From Antedon mediterranea (lineage: Eukaryota; Animalia; Echinodermata), in contig NC_092672.1 in NCBI RefSeq assembly GCF_964355755.1, positions 1,240,001 through 1,304,000 on the forward strand: 64,000 nt of DNA. Reading direction: 5' to 3'. Within the stretch, counting starts at the first letter, position 1. Each line of letters opens with the position of its first letter. The notes beneath the pieces were generated by a model, which was not told where the DNA came from, searched no databases, and saw only the letters and a list, made by a program, of their open reading frames with translations. Positions 1 to 14,186 of the stretch are shown piece after piece. A program made the translations under genes and the position numbers.

Positions 1-339
1 AATGTCTTTTTTGGAAAGAACTTCACTGACGCCTGTATAATCATTCTATCACATAAAATCATGTTATAAACGTGTATGACGTCATCATTAGAAGCAAATT
101 GATATTCTAGTAGCATTGTATCTTTACACGTTAATAGCCAACGTTACAGTCGTATCGTAAAACACACAAAAGGGTTTTGCGTGACGGATCACTCTTTACT
201 TAATCTACAACAAATAAAGTCAAATGCATTTTAAAATATTGTTGAAGAAATCCGGGAGAAATTCACTACAAAAACAGTTTGTTGAATGGATACCTTTCGT
301 ATTGACGACTACGGAGCTGTATTTCTACCCACTTTCAAA

Positions 340-470
340 CATGAGGATGCGCATAATGACAATTACTCAATAGCCTAGTCACGTGACGCGTCATGGAAAC
401 GAAAGGTCGACATAACGAGTTAATCCCGCCGCATACTACTGGGAATGCTGGTCACGTCACAGTAGTTTAA
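340..470. promoter_or_regulatory. Candidate promoter/enhancer motif cluster
   Basis: GTCACGTGAC (E-box/CLEAR), CATGGAAAC (RFX half-site-like), TCCCGCC (E2F-like) and GGTCACGTCAC within 130 bp. Confidence 0.35.
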
Positions 471-760
471 AACAGAAATATTAACTGAAGATTATAGACG
501 TGATCTGCGTTTAGATAAAACCACACAAGGATGAAGAATACCATTAGAGATAATTGCTTTGATCTATGACTTCTAACAATTGTAATGGACTTCTGCTTAG
601 CATATTTTTATATTCTGATAATTTTCTTGCCCAACTTGGAGATATTGAGAAAATTATCTGTATGGAAAGTGTACAATTGACAACATGGTTTAAACAAAGA
701 AAAGTGTTATAGAAAAAATGTATTTTATTATAAATACGGCATTTCAATTTAGAATATTGT

Positions 761-950
761 AAGCTGTGTCCATTACACATCACAGTAGTTTGACCCAAAA
801 AATGTGATGTGCCAAAATATGGGGGTGATATGTTCAAATATGGCAGTGATAACGCAAGTGAGTTGACCAATCACAAGCGAAAGTTGGGATGATCCATCCT
901 GTAATTGGTCAAATTACTTGCGTTGCCTACGACTGATACTAGGGACACTA
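761..950. mobile_element. Fused MITE-A left half and MITE-B core
   Basis: 761-850 matches family A; 851-950 (AACGCAAGTGAGTTGACCAATCACAAGCGA...ATTGGTCAAATTACTTGCGTTG) matches family B. Confidence 0.65.
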
Positions 951-1374
951 ACGTCCAGCTTCTCGACTCGTTTAAAGTTACTGTAGGCATAAACTAAATC
1001 TATTCTAAAAGAGTCCATTCTTTTTAAACTTACATTTGTCCACCAAGTAGGGCCTACTATGATATATAAAATGAATAATAATACGGCATTACATTCTTTC
1101 CTAATTTCGTTTTAATCAGAATGACGACTGTATCTAAATATTCCGTTTAGAATGTTTATATTGATTAATAGCCACACTTATGGGAATGTATCTGATATTC
1201 TCACATTAGAAACTCTTAAAAGGTCGTAAAATCAACCGTTACACACGAGGAACATGAGACCTTTAATTTTTATGAAACAAATCGTTTGATTGCCAAGACT
1301 ATGGTCGTATCTTTGAAAAATTATTTATGTTTTGGATTATTTAAGCTAAATAATTAAAATATTATATAAACCAC

Positions 1375-1470
1375 TCCTACACTTCCGGCCATTGATTTTT
1401 ACAAACATTATAAATACGCATGCGCAATGAACAGAATTTGTTCATTTTAAAGCAATCTTATTTCCGGTCT
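1375..1470. promoter_or_regulatory. Candidate housekeeping-type promoter motifs
   Basis: ACTTCCGG (ETS) followed by CCATT (YY1-like), ACGCATGCGCA (NRF1-like) and a second TTCCGG. Confidence 0.35.
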
Positions 1471-2089
1471 TACATAAATTATTTATGATTTTGATAGAGC
1501 ATTTGCGAATGTACTATTACTTCCTGACATTTATTCAATGTAAAATCAATATTTATAATAATGAAATAATTGATAGAGGGAAATTTTACCAGAAGATCGT
1601 CTCTTAAAGGCAAACAATAAAGAAAAAAACAATAATACAAAACAAACAACAACAAAAACAAAAAGTGTTCGTAACTTAATTCAGTAATGATTGTCTTTAC
1701 AATAATATTTGTTTTTAGAAGAGTTTCACAAAGTCGATAATCAACTTATAAATACCACTGTATATCAATATATTTACAATTTTTACTTGTTCGGTACACT
1801 TTATTTGTGTTATAGTTGTGTATCAAACAACAACTTTCCAATTGTATTATTGTATATGATTATTAGACAATAACAGTTTTTGAATTTTGAATTTGAGTTA
1901 ATAAAGAAGGTAAAAGAAGCTCTGTAGCTATCCTTACAATGCATAGTTTATAGCTAATGGGGTTTTAAATACAAAAGGAATATTTTACCGAAATTGTGTA
2001 AGCTATAAACTTGAAATAAAAAATGAAATTATAGGAGATCGGAAGGTAGTATTTTGAAAATATTGACAAAATGCACGATGACTACCTAA

Positions 2090-2246
2090 AGCTCTGTCTA
2101 CACTATCAACTTTATGTGACAAAAAAGTGATGTGCAGCCCATATGGACATGATGATGTCATATCACTACCACATTTGGGCATATCACTACTATATTTGGG
2201 CACATCACATTTTTTGTCAAACTAGTTTGATACTGTAGACAGAGCT
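2090..2246. mobile_element. MITE family A (PIF/Harbinger-type, TAA TSD)
   Basis: TIR AGCTCTGTCTACACTATCAA / TTGATACTGTAGACAGAGCT with TAA on both sides; internal CCAAATATGGTAGTGAT-type units. Confidence 0.85.
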
Positions 2247-2383
2247 TAACACGTTGATCGTTTCACAATAAAACTGAACATATTTGTATTATCTTAAAAG
2301 CCACAAAATATAGGCCCTATCAAATCAGATAGGTAAACTACTGCTTGGGATAATATTTCTCTATAGATTTCTCAAGTGTATAA

Positions 2384-2545
2384 AGCTCTGTCTATCTACA
2401 CATCAAACTAGTTTGACAAAAAATATGTGATGTTCCCAAATGTGGTAGTGATAATATGCCCAAATATGGTAGTGATATGACATCATCATGTCTATGGGCA
2501 CATCACATTTGTTGTCACGTAAAGTTTGATAGTGTAGACAGAGCT
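2384..2545. mobile_element. MITE family A
   Basis: Same TIRs, TAA TSD, opposite orientation to the 2090 copy. Confidence 0.85.
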
Positions 2546-4729
2546 TAACTCTAGTTTAGTCAAGAAATTGAATAATGTTATTACAAAAGTAGAAATTAAT
2601 TTACATCAAATTGTAATCCGTGTAAATGTCTGCACTATCCACTCATTGGGTTTAGATTACTCTCATCGGTCGTTGTTCAAACACTTCTTATATCCATTAA
2701 TCTCCAACGTGTTATACAAGATTTTGATGAGATGTTATTATTTGAAATTTGACCCTAAGTTAAGTTCAAATGTCGTCATAGAACAACTTCAGATTAATCG
2801 CATTTTAGATATGTTATGCGTTCGTAAGAGTACGGTATCTGCACTGCGCACGCGTATCATCCGCGTCGGCCTTTCATTCAGTGCTATCATTATTAATTGA
2901 TAGAAGGCATGGAAACGTTCTTTATATTTTAAAATGGCAAGAGTGAAGCAACATGAATCTGAACCATATAGAGCATTAACTATAATTGAACTATATATAA
3001 GTACTAGTAATAGGCCTATAGTATACTATCGATATTATAGTACTATTCTATATTATTGATCAATGACCTATGAACTACGACCTATTCAGATTAGACCACC
3101 AATGTCAACTCTCGGGATTTGGCTGAACGACTTGCGACAAGCCATGCTGGATTGACTTCCCCCACGCCACCCTCGCAAATAGTTAACTGCTAAAAGATTT
3201 ACTCGATAATGTGTCGTCATGGGCCGCTAATGTAGTCGCAATAATATTATCCCATATTATTTCAACGGGTTTTTTTCCTAACCTTATACTTATAAATTCA
3301 AAATAACATCCGAAATGTCAATTTTTATTATTTTGTTATTACTGTAAAATATTTTATTGATTAAACGTGATTTCATAAATTGTTACCAAGACAACTGAAA
3401 GCATCTTTACTTTCGCTGCGCCATTAATGATCTTGAATAATAACTTGAATCTATATATTCAGTAAACAGTGCAGCTAACAGACACACACAATTACACCTA
3501 ATAATAATGTATCTTCAGAAATCTATACTTAATTCTCTCCACGGTGTAATTTTAAAAATACTTTCTTACGTTTTAATTACTATCAATATATCGACCTTTT
3601 GTTTTCACCGCGCGGCAAGCGACTACGCAGCTATTGATCTGCGCGGCGTGCGCTTGGCTTTTACAATGCGCAGAATGACATTTCAACTTGCGCGCGCATA
3701 GTGTGGTTAACAACGAAATGTCGCTAATATCAGGTTTTATAATCGCCATCGTTACCTCTGGGTGTAATAAAATACTTCATGCATTTTTCATCATTGCTAA
3801 TTTGAATACGTGAATATAAAGTATCAAATTCGAGAATTAAAATGCAAATTACAAAAACTTATGTCTAAAATCTATTCATAGTATTTTATATTGTGAATTT
3901 GTTGACTAATTTAGAACACAAATGACGCAGTACACGTCAATACATTGGGCAATGTTACATGATAAATTTAGTTTTAAATATTAATCGTTTCTTATGAAGA
4001 TTGTGGTAAAATATTACTCAATATTAGTCTTATTATTTGTGCAGAATTGAAAAAAAAAACAACATGTATTTCGCATATTAGGCCTAATGTATTCAGTGTG
4101 TAGACTTACATTAAAGTATGCCTGGTCCATTGAGCAAGAAATTGAGATTAAGCTGTTTATTGGAAGGGAAATGATCCTGAACCATTGCTATATATGAATC
4201 TACATCATTTACAGAAAAAAATAAGTCTACATACATAGAGTTAACATTGTGAAATAAATGGAAATTATATTAATGTTATTTCCGAATTTTTTTATTCCGA
4301 CTTTTTCCAAGTTATTGTCTGTTCTATGTTTAGGATTCACTTTTGTCTGTATGTAACCCCATGTGTGCCAAAATAATTATATTTTAACCAATTGTAAGTC
4401 AATCGATTTCCAAAACCTATACCGACGTATAAACAAATTCAACTATTCACAAGCATTCCTTCTTTTTTTAAATATTAATGTAAACTTTGAGAGAAATGAA
4501 GGACACCATAATTGTAGGACTTCTTTTGAAAAATACATCAGGGCCTAGTCCCTTTTCTAGAAACCCTCCAATTTACAACTCAGCATCCATCCATGTAGGC
4601 CTACCAATCTGACATATAGAAATAAAAAAACAGTAAGAGCTGAAGTATTTTTTGAAGTACAGTTTTCTACGTCATTCACTGATTAGCCAATTAGGTATCA
4701 TAGAGATTCTTTGTTCTCGTTACTTCTCA

Positions 4730-4855
4730 CAAATAACGCGAATTACAAGTAGCGACAGCAGATCGGATATTCGGTGGTGTGATTGGTCAAATTACTTGCG
4801 GTGCGCGCTACGTCCTGGTATTGCTTCGTCGCTAGGCAGAAATTACGCTGCGCCC
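4730..4855. mobile_element. MITE family B fragment
   Basis: GTGATTGGTCAAATTACTTGCG...CTACGTCC. Confidence 0.55.
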
Positions 4856-7013
4856 TATATAACTTAGTGGTGTGGTAGGTTGATTAATTTTATGATGATG
4901 AATTCATGATAATTAATTTGAGCACAACAATACTCTTAATTGAAAACCATTGATCTAAATCTAATTTGATGCAAATCTTTGGAATAGCTTGAGGAATAAT
5001 GTTTAGAATTTAGAAAAATACAGTTTAATTCGTGAATAGAAGAACGTACATTCTGTGTTGATAATGTGCTGTTAAATCATATCAAGATTTCTAAGGTAAT
5101 ACTATATTTAATGAGATTGCTAAGCCTTCGCTAATGGTGATAATATTATTATTATCTTATGCGGAGGCAATAACCATTAAACAGCGAAGATGATTATAAT
5201 GATATCCTAGTACCATTGATACTTCTTCCACATGCTTTTTTATCTCCATATGCAGTAGTTATAAGCACATCTTAGCAACACTGCACTGATAATATGCTCT
5301 CAATTAACCTTATGAATAAATCCAGTAAATATCGTAGCTAAACACATTTGTTTAGACTATAGCTTCTTTAAAACCAGTCATCGATCCGAAAGAGTCAAAA
5401 TAATTTTTGTTAAATAAATACTAAAAATATTAATTATTAGGCCTAAGATAAGAATGTATTCTTAATATCGCCTTACCTTGACAGCCTAATATTGACAATA
5501 GAATATCCAACTACTACTAGAAAATGAATTGTGTTCATTGAGAAGACGTCTACTGTAATAGTGAATCGAGGATATCTATTGTGTTTGGCCATACAATGAC
5601 TAATGAACCGTGAATTATTGACCTCCTCCTCATGACATCATCACTAAGTGCGCGTATGCTCGCAGTAGTAATTTATCAAGCTTCAGCTAGGCCTATATAA
5701 TAATGTTTATCTTGTAGTACATCTGAACGTGGTCATCAAAAGCTTTTAGTTACAACTGTCTCCTGGTAGTTAATTCGTTTTTTCGTGAAACAGAGCTGAT
5801 GAATAATTGTTCTTTAAACATGTGATGCAATTAGAGGGCGTTTGATTGAGTAACGTATGCTAACTGATGCCGAAATGATGAGTAAGACTCGTTCTCAGCG
5901 CAGATGTCTAAATATGATCAAGGTAGCAATTAATTTAACGTCAATTAACGATGTTTTGAAGTAGCTTTTAAGATTACACGTCTTATTGAGAATTTCATTA
6001 GTTACAGATTCATTAGAGAGATTCCTAATTTTCATAATTGCGCAAATATGTTTTTAGTATAGACGCATGTCGTTAAAATTAACGTTTCCTCCACATGCAG
6101 AGAAATGTTCGCGCGTTCACTCAATTTCAATTTCAATTTATTTTCCACATACTACACAACTACTACAACCTAGTACATGGAGAATGCATATATTAAGATC
6201 TGTGCAGAGCATAGATCTTTAAGCTAAATCAACCTTAGACAATAATATTAATTACAATAAACATAAAAGCATTGAATAAATAAGTAAATAAAAAAATATT
6301 TCATATCGCAGCACGCGGCACGCTTGTACGACGCAGTGTGACGTCACTACATTCTCAAAACAAAACATAATAATAATAATAATAACAACTTTATTTAAAA
6401 ACGGATGCAACACTTGAATCACCAAATTGGTGTTTTTCACAAGGCCGTTACTTACTACAAAACTATTTATACTATTACACAAGTTATCAATTACAGTACA
6501 AAAACAACAACAACAAAAAAAAAAAAAAAAAAAGATTTCATGAAAAAATATAGAGTTTCAAGTATACATTGACCCAGAAAATGGTATATTATGTATACAT
6601 AATATAAACGTGACGCCCTTTGTTGTCGGATCAATAGATTGATCTATGCCTCGGCTTGTGACACGGTAAACATATTCAATAATGATTAATTTTACCAGGT
6701 TAAGTACTTTTTTTTAAAGTTCTTAGGCATACATAATGTTACAAAGAAATTATGTTAGAATTAAACATTGGATATTCAGTTACCTGCCGTCATGATACAT
6801 AGTTGAACATTCACGGTCATATTGATGGCAATGTGACTACTTTTGTATGTGAGCCCACTTTATGTAAATGTCTATTGGTAACATCAATAATGATTATTAG
6901 GATGTGGAAAATCACCACAAGCAAATATTTTTAATGTTATTATGAGGAAATCCACAAATGCATCCGTAAATGTTATTCTATTTAATACTAAATATCGTTG
7001 TGTGAGTCATACT

Positions 7014-7157
7014 AAGCTTGGTTGCCACTTGGACGCAACGCAAGGACGTAATTAATTTGACCAATCATGACGTGATGGGTCTTCCGAACTGTCGCTTGTG
7101 ATTGGTCAACTCACTTGTGTTGTGCCTACGTCGTTGTGTTGCGTGGGAATCAAGTTT
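7014..7157. mobile_element. MITE family B
   Basis: AAGCTTGGTTGCCACT..GACGCAACGCAAGGACG..TGACCAATCA..TGATTGGTCA. Confidence 0.75.
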
Positions 7158-7179
7158 ACGGAAGTTGATTGAAGCATAT

Positions 7180-7314
7180 CGCTCTGTGATCAAACTAGTT
7201 TGACAAAAAAGTATAGTATGCCCAAATATGGTAGTGATATGACATCCATATGATGTCCGTATATGGGCACATCACATTTTTTTGTCACAATAATGTTTGA
7301 TAGTGTAGAGAGCT
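7180..7314. mobile_element. MITE family A (degenerate)
   Basis: Internal units and right TIR present. Confidence 0.75.
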
Positions 7315-8370
7315 TAACACATTGTGATATTTCTAATAATCATGACGAAGGAGTTACTGACTATTATCACAATTAGAGAGAATCTACCGATGAGGCCTAC
7401 ATAATCATTACTAAAGATATTTGTATTTAAATCCACGTTCAGAATACAGCCAAGTGATGGTCCACTGGTCCACCAATAGGCCCACAATGGAACTTTAACT
7501 AACAACTGCAGCTTGAGGAAACGTCTATAACATTGTACTCTCATGTTTTGGTTTCTCGGCTTTAAATCTGCCAAATTCATAATTGTTGAAACCACCATGA
7601 GAAAATCGTTGTACATGTATCTGTAACCTTTAATTTGTAGATACCAAACGAAAAGTTAGTAAATTAATACGAAAAGCAAATCGAATTTTGCGTAAAGCTA
7701 GCTGTTATTCTACCTAATGAGGGAGTGCAGAAGACCCTGTAGGCTAATTCCAACACCTTCCTCGACATCAAAATAATAAAGATTAATTGGACTCTCAGTT
7801 CATCCCATCATCTGGGTGAGAAAATATCTGGAAATGAATCGTATATTTTGTTTGCTCAAGAAATAGCGTGGTCATCGATTTTACGTCATTGGACGTGAGA
7901 CATATTTATTATGAATGCACTTAAAATATTTATAAACGGTTTAATGTGTTGACACGCTAGAATGTTCTCCTTCAAAATTCGAGTGTTTTTTTTGTTGGAA
8001 CCTCTAAGTTGGCCGCTAGAAATTAAGTGTTCTTATTATCAATTTATCATTTCTTAGAAAATGATGCACTATGAACCTGATTGGTCGATATGGCATCACA
8101 TTGATAATCCACGTTATAACCGATTGACTCTCGGAGGATCTCAAATGTTATAATGCACCTCTAAGCAGGCAATATCTGTATAATAACATAATAGAACAAA
8201 ACATTTATAATATTAGATAACGTATCAACGTGAGCTGCACCGTATGGGCGGCGATCACCTCTTGTTTATCCCCTGTGGTACCTTAACAAAGAATACGATA
8301 ATTTAAATAATAGGCTCATAATATGTGATCAGCAGTTTTATTTAGCTTGATTACGACACAATCTGACGAA

Positions 8371-8551
8371 GGCTCTGTCTACACTATCAAACTTTTTGTG
8401 ACAACACAATGTGATGTACCCATATATGGACATGATGATGTCACATCACTACCATATTTAAGCATATCACTACCATATTTGGGCATATCACTACAATATT
8501 TGGGCACATCACACTTTTTTGTCAAACTAGTTTAATAATGTAGACAGAGCT
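8371..8551. mobile_element. MITE family A
   Basis: Both TIRs, 3 internal 21-bp units. Confidence 0.85.
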
Positions 8552-9186
8552 TAATGTAGGTTGATTGCGGTTACAGCATTACATTTAATTGTATTAATCA
8601 CTGATTGCTAGGATTATGGTATCACTATACATCCTTATTATTGTATTTGTCATAAAGTCCTATTAAAAACTAAACTAAATTAATCTAATTTGAAATAATT
8701 GGATCAGTTAACATTATTACGTCATAATCATTGTCGTCATGAGCATCTCAGTTATAATTGTATCATTATCAAATTCATCTTCTTCATTTAAATTCCATCA
8801 TCAGCACTCATCACTCTTAATTATCATCGTATCGTTTTTTTAACGTTTATAAAATGAACTACAATAATCATAATGATATAATTTCTATTATTATACAGAC
8901 ACAAGACTGGCAACCTTAAATGTCACAATATAATCATTCTAAATGTCACACTTGACAAATTTTGTTACTGTAAATGTCACAGATGATGAATTTTGTTAAA
9001 TGTCACCAAATATGACAACAATTACTATTAAAGTATTCCATGCCTACTCAAAATGTCACATGACTAAAGCTTATTCATTTACATTTGGGAATTCTTATCT
9101 TCGACATCTTAAGGCAGTGATTTTAAATAAGAATGAGTTAACAGTATAACACGGTGAGGTCATTAAACTATTGAAACAATGGATAA

Positions 9187-11032
9187 ACATGTTTACAACA
9201 TTATTATAGACATGTTTACAACATTATTATAGACATGTTTACAACATTATTATAGACATGTTTACAACATTATTACAGACATGTTTACAACATTATTATA
9301 GACATGTTTACAACATTATTATAGACATGTTTACAACATTATTATAGACATGTTTACTACATTATTATAGACATGTTTACAACATTATTATAGACATGTT
9401 TACAACATTATTATAGACATGTTTACAACATTATTATAGACATGTTTACAACATTATTATAGACATGTTTACAACATTATTACAGACATGTTTACAACAT
9501 TATTATAGACATGTTTACAACATTATTATAGACATGTTTACAACATTATTATAGACATGTTTACAACATTATTATAGACATGTTTACAACATTATTATAG
9601 ACATGTTTACAACATTATTATAGACATGTTTACAACATTATTATAGACATGTTTACAACATTATTACAGACATGTTTACAACATTATTATAGACATGTTT
9701 ACAACATTATTACAGACATGTTTACAACATTATTATAGACATGTTTACAACATTATTATAGACATGTTTACAACATTATTATAGACATGTTTACAACATT
9801 ATTATAGACATGTTTACAACATTATTATAGACATGTTTACAACATTATTATAGACATGTTTACAACATTATTACAGACATGTTTACAACATTATTATAGA
9901 CATGTTTACAACATTATTATAGACATGTTTACAACATTATTATAGACATGTTTACTACATTATTATAGACATGTTTACAACATTATTATAGACATGTTTA
10001 CAACATTATTATAGACATGTTTACAACATTATTATAGACATGTTTACAACATTATTATAGACATGTTTACAACATTATTATAGACATGTTTACAACATTA
10101 TTATAGACATGTTTACAACATTATTATAGACATGTTTACAACATTATTATAGACATGTTTACAACATTATTATAGACATGTTTACAACATTATTATAGAC
10201 ATGTTTACAACATTATTATAGACATGTTTACAACATTATTATAGACATGTTTACAACATTATTATAGACATGTTTACAACATTATTATAGACATGTTTAC
10301 AACATTATTATAGACATGTTTACAACATTATTACAGACATGTTTACAACATTATTACAGACATGTTTACAACATTATTACAGACATGTTTACAACATTAT
10401 TATAGACATGTTTACAACATTATTATAGACATGTTTACAACATTATTATAGACATGTTTACAACATTATTATAGACATGTTTACAACATTATTATAGACA
10501 TGTTTACAACATTATTATAGACATGTTTACAACATTATTACAGACATGTTTACAACATTATTATAGACATGTTTACAACATTATTATAGACATGTTTACA
10601 ACATTATTATAGACATGTTTACAACATTATTATAGACATGTTTACAACATTATTATAGACATGTTTACAATATTATTATAGACATGTTTACAACATTATT
10701 ACAGACATGTTTACAACATTATTACAGACATGTTTACTACATTATTATAGACATGTTTACTACATTATTATAGACATGTTTACAACATTATTATAGACAT
10801 GTTTACAACATTATTATAGACATGTTTACAACATTATTATAGACATGTTTACAACATTATTATAGACATGTTTACAACATTATTATAGACATGTTTACAA
10901 CATTATTATAGACATGTTTACAACATTATTATAGACATGTTTACTACATTATTATAGACATGTTTACTACATTATTATAGACATGTTTACTACATTATTA
11001 TAGACATGTTTACAACATTATTATAGACATGT
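9187..11032. repeat. 23-bp minisatellite, ~80 copies (ACATGTTTACAACATTATTATAG)
   Basis: Very homogeneous head-to-tail array with few variant positions. Confidence 0.98.
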
Positions 11033-11606
11033 ACTACATTGTAAATTAACATATTTACTACACTGTAGATGTTTCCTCATAAATGTTTACAGTTTATGAT
11101 ATGAATATGATTTTCGTCTTCAGTGTTCTCCAAAATATAGAATTTAATTCCGGAAAATTATGCGAATTACCGAATTATTTATATCCTTAAGAAGAAGAAC
11201 TAATCTACTAAATATCAAAAAGTCAAATAATATTGTACGTTGCCTATCTAATTGACAACATTATAGTTTCCGATTTCTCATTGGTCAATGCTTTGAATGG
11301 TTGGGCCTAATCTCCACTAGTCTAGATACGTGTTTTTATGTATAATTTTCTTACACAATTTTGTAATACCGGTTGGAGACAGTTTAAACCATCAAATCTT
11401 GCTGAAAACTTGCTTTGTGAGAAAAAATGGTCTTATTTCTATTAACTCGACAGTGTTTTTGAGAGTAAATAAACAATATATGAAGCCTTGTTTCAGTACA
11501 TTGACGTCAAAAAGTAGTAAACTCACTGTTTGTGAAATCATGTTCGGTTCGAAAAAGCAATAAAATATATCTTCATATTATACTGACTTGAAATTAAACA
11601 GAATTT

Positions 11607-11757
11607 CTTTCGGAGGATTCTCCTCTTAATCCCCGTCTACACTAAGAAACATTATAGCTTTCGGTGGATTCTCCTCTTAAGCTTCGTCTATACACTAAGA
11701 AACATTAAGCTTTCGGAGGGTTCTCCTCTTAAGCTCCATCTACATTAAGAAACATTA
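11607..11757. repeat. ~51-bp tandem repeat x3
   Basis: TTTCGGAGGATTCTCCTCTTAA..CTACACTAAGAAACATTA. Confidence 0.85.
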
Positions 11758-12261
11758 CGAAACCATAGAATGATCTGTGAAATTGATTGAATAATTAATT
11801 AATTAGCTCTTATTGTATTGATTGGTATAATTTAAATAAGAAATTCTTCAATATTTCATTACCATTCTAGATCTGACAAGAACTTAATAAAGCCTCAAAT
11901 TAATATTTGAACATAATTATATTTAAAAAGTCTCTTCTAATTTGTTTGTAATTGTAACTTTGTGTTCAAATACAAATTAAAATATTCTAGTCAATCACAT
12001 CACAATAAACCACCATATTTAGACATAATACAGAAAATACCCGATGTTGCCTCATAAACACAAATAACATATTCACAAAGTGTACGCTCATGATATAAAT
12101 AGAGTCTTCCCTGTACAACAATGACGTCATTCTATTCCTATGAGTCGAAATGTACGTCCTCTGTGGTCTTACTGTTGCTGTAATATACAGGTAGCTATAC
12201 GGTAGTGTACAAAATGTTTATAAAATCAAACTACCATTATGTTTTAATATTTAATAGTCGC

Positions 12262-12380
12262 CATGGAACGAAAAACACGTAGGCGCAACGCAAACAATTT
12301 GACCAATCAGAGCGACGGAATCATCTAAATAACTGTCGCTTGTAATTTGTTAATTTACATGCATTGCGCGTGCGTCCATT
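12262..12380. mobile_element. MITE family B fragment
   Basis: GCGCAACGCAA..TTTGACCAATCAGAGCGA..CTGTCGCTTG. Confidence 0.55.
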
Positions 12381-14035
12381 ATCCAGGTAATGATTATTTG
12401 TGATCTGGTTCTACTGATTATTGAATATTTAATTATATAAACAATGATATAAAAAATACTGTTTATTGCTTCCTATCAAGTTTTTGTATTCAGGGTATAA
12501 TTACGTCTGTACAAAGTAGAAAAGCACGTTGAACGATAACGACTCTGCGAGCAATTAATTCAAAACTCATAATCGACGCAGAATCGACGTTTTACATTGA
12601 AGTAAATACTGAATGCTTTGTATACCATAATGATGTGAAATACAAAAATAGAGTCATTTCAATTTTTTTTAAATCCAAAAGCAAAAAGTTTATTCTGCCC
12701 TGTATTTTTTCCCTCTTTAGTAAGGATTTCACCCACTTTTATTTCAGTTTAATAAAAACATAATTGTAGCATAGAGAATGTAAAATATAATATTGTATCA
12801 TTTTCCTGGCCCGTATTAGTCCATCTATGCATCTTAAGACTGGGGTGTACTGTAGTTTTGTTTGAATAAAGACCGATGTTAAACAATTTTTTTTAAATAC
12901 GCCTGTTAAGTCAGTCTCTTCTTAGATATGTCAATGTTCATTATAGTTATCAACAAGAAATTCCTTCTGACGTGATCTCTGATCATTAAAAAAAATCTTC
13001 TCTTTAAATTAAACCTTTGTTCCGCACTTAACAACGTGTTTTGTCTATACGTACTTGTGTGTATAAAGGAGGGCCGACAGCAAAGGACTTGCTTGTTTAT
13101 ATCCACCCTATGTCGAAATAATATTTTGTTTGTTATTTTATTGGTTAATGTTTGATTTTGGTCGAAATAATTGTTGAATTGTATTGTTAACTGTTTAGTC
13201 GCTTTACCAATCTATACGTATGAGTTTGAAAAACATTAAACAGATAAAGAAAATACAATTAGGCCTAACAAAGAAATCAATAGTGTGACTGTGATTGGTG
13301 GAGATAAAAGGAATTTTTTGGGATTTAAAACAGTTTTATGAATTTGCGATTGTTATCTTAATATTCATGGAAATCATCAAACATTTCAAAACATTGTGCT
13401 ATCATATTTTCAAATATCGAATAAAATTACTCAGATTATTGATATGGTATAACATAAGAAGGAGAATAGTTTACAGCAAAAATAGCAATAATATAATATT
13501 GTGCATTATTCACTTCCAAATGAAAACAAATCTACAAACAAATAACAATGTACAATCTTCCTTTTATTGAGGATCCGTTTTAATCATATTCAAGTTTCAG
13601 GAGTAAATGTATAATCGGGGATTTCCCTTCCTTGAATAAAAAAGTTGTTTACTAGTACTTTTGTTGAGAACTAAACTCTTGTGTTTGTCATAATAGTTCT
13701 TATTGTGTTATCATTTAGTTCATTTTCAATTTAATAATTTAATGGCGCTTCTATTATGGCATTATCACCTATAACCGACCGTAGATTAAATGACAAATTA
13801 CCGGCAAGAAAGTCTTTCAGTTTTCATCGATTTTTCTATTTTTAATATGTATTCAAATAAGCAAAGAAACAATTTGATATTAAACGATGAAAATTAATTA
13901 AAAGTCTTGAAAAAAAAATTAATAGTACGATGGGCGAAGGCAGAAATTGATTTGTAAGTTGACGACCATGGTTAGAGATCAAATGAAAGAATAACTGTAA
14001 GGTAGTCGGGAAAATATTACTTTATATGCCTGTTA

Positions 14036-14186
14036 AGCTCTGTCTACACTATCAAACTAGTGTGTGTAATGTGCCAATAAATGGTAGTGATATTCCAATA
14101 TGTGGTAGTGATAAGACATCATCATGTCTATATATGGGCACATCACATTATGTTGTCACATAAAGTTTGATAGTGTAGACAAGGCT
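14036..14186. mobile_element. MITE family A
   Basis: TIRs, TTA TSD on both sides. Confidence 0.85.

Noticed and set aside
6118-6530. LINE 3' ends ((TTCAAT)n and (TAA)n tails next to TTTATT)
   Set aside because: Suggestive only; no RT coding remnant or second copy supports a call.
9187-11032. CRISPR-like array (also considered for 32404-34402 and 18665-22160)
   Set aside because: The units are head-to-tail with no unique spacers, there are no cas genes, and the context is eukaryotic.
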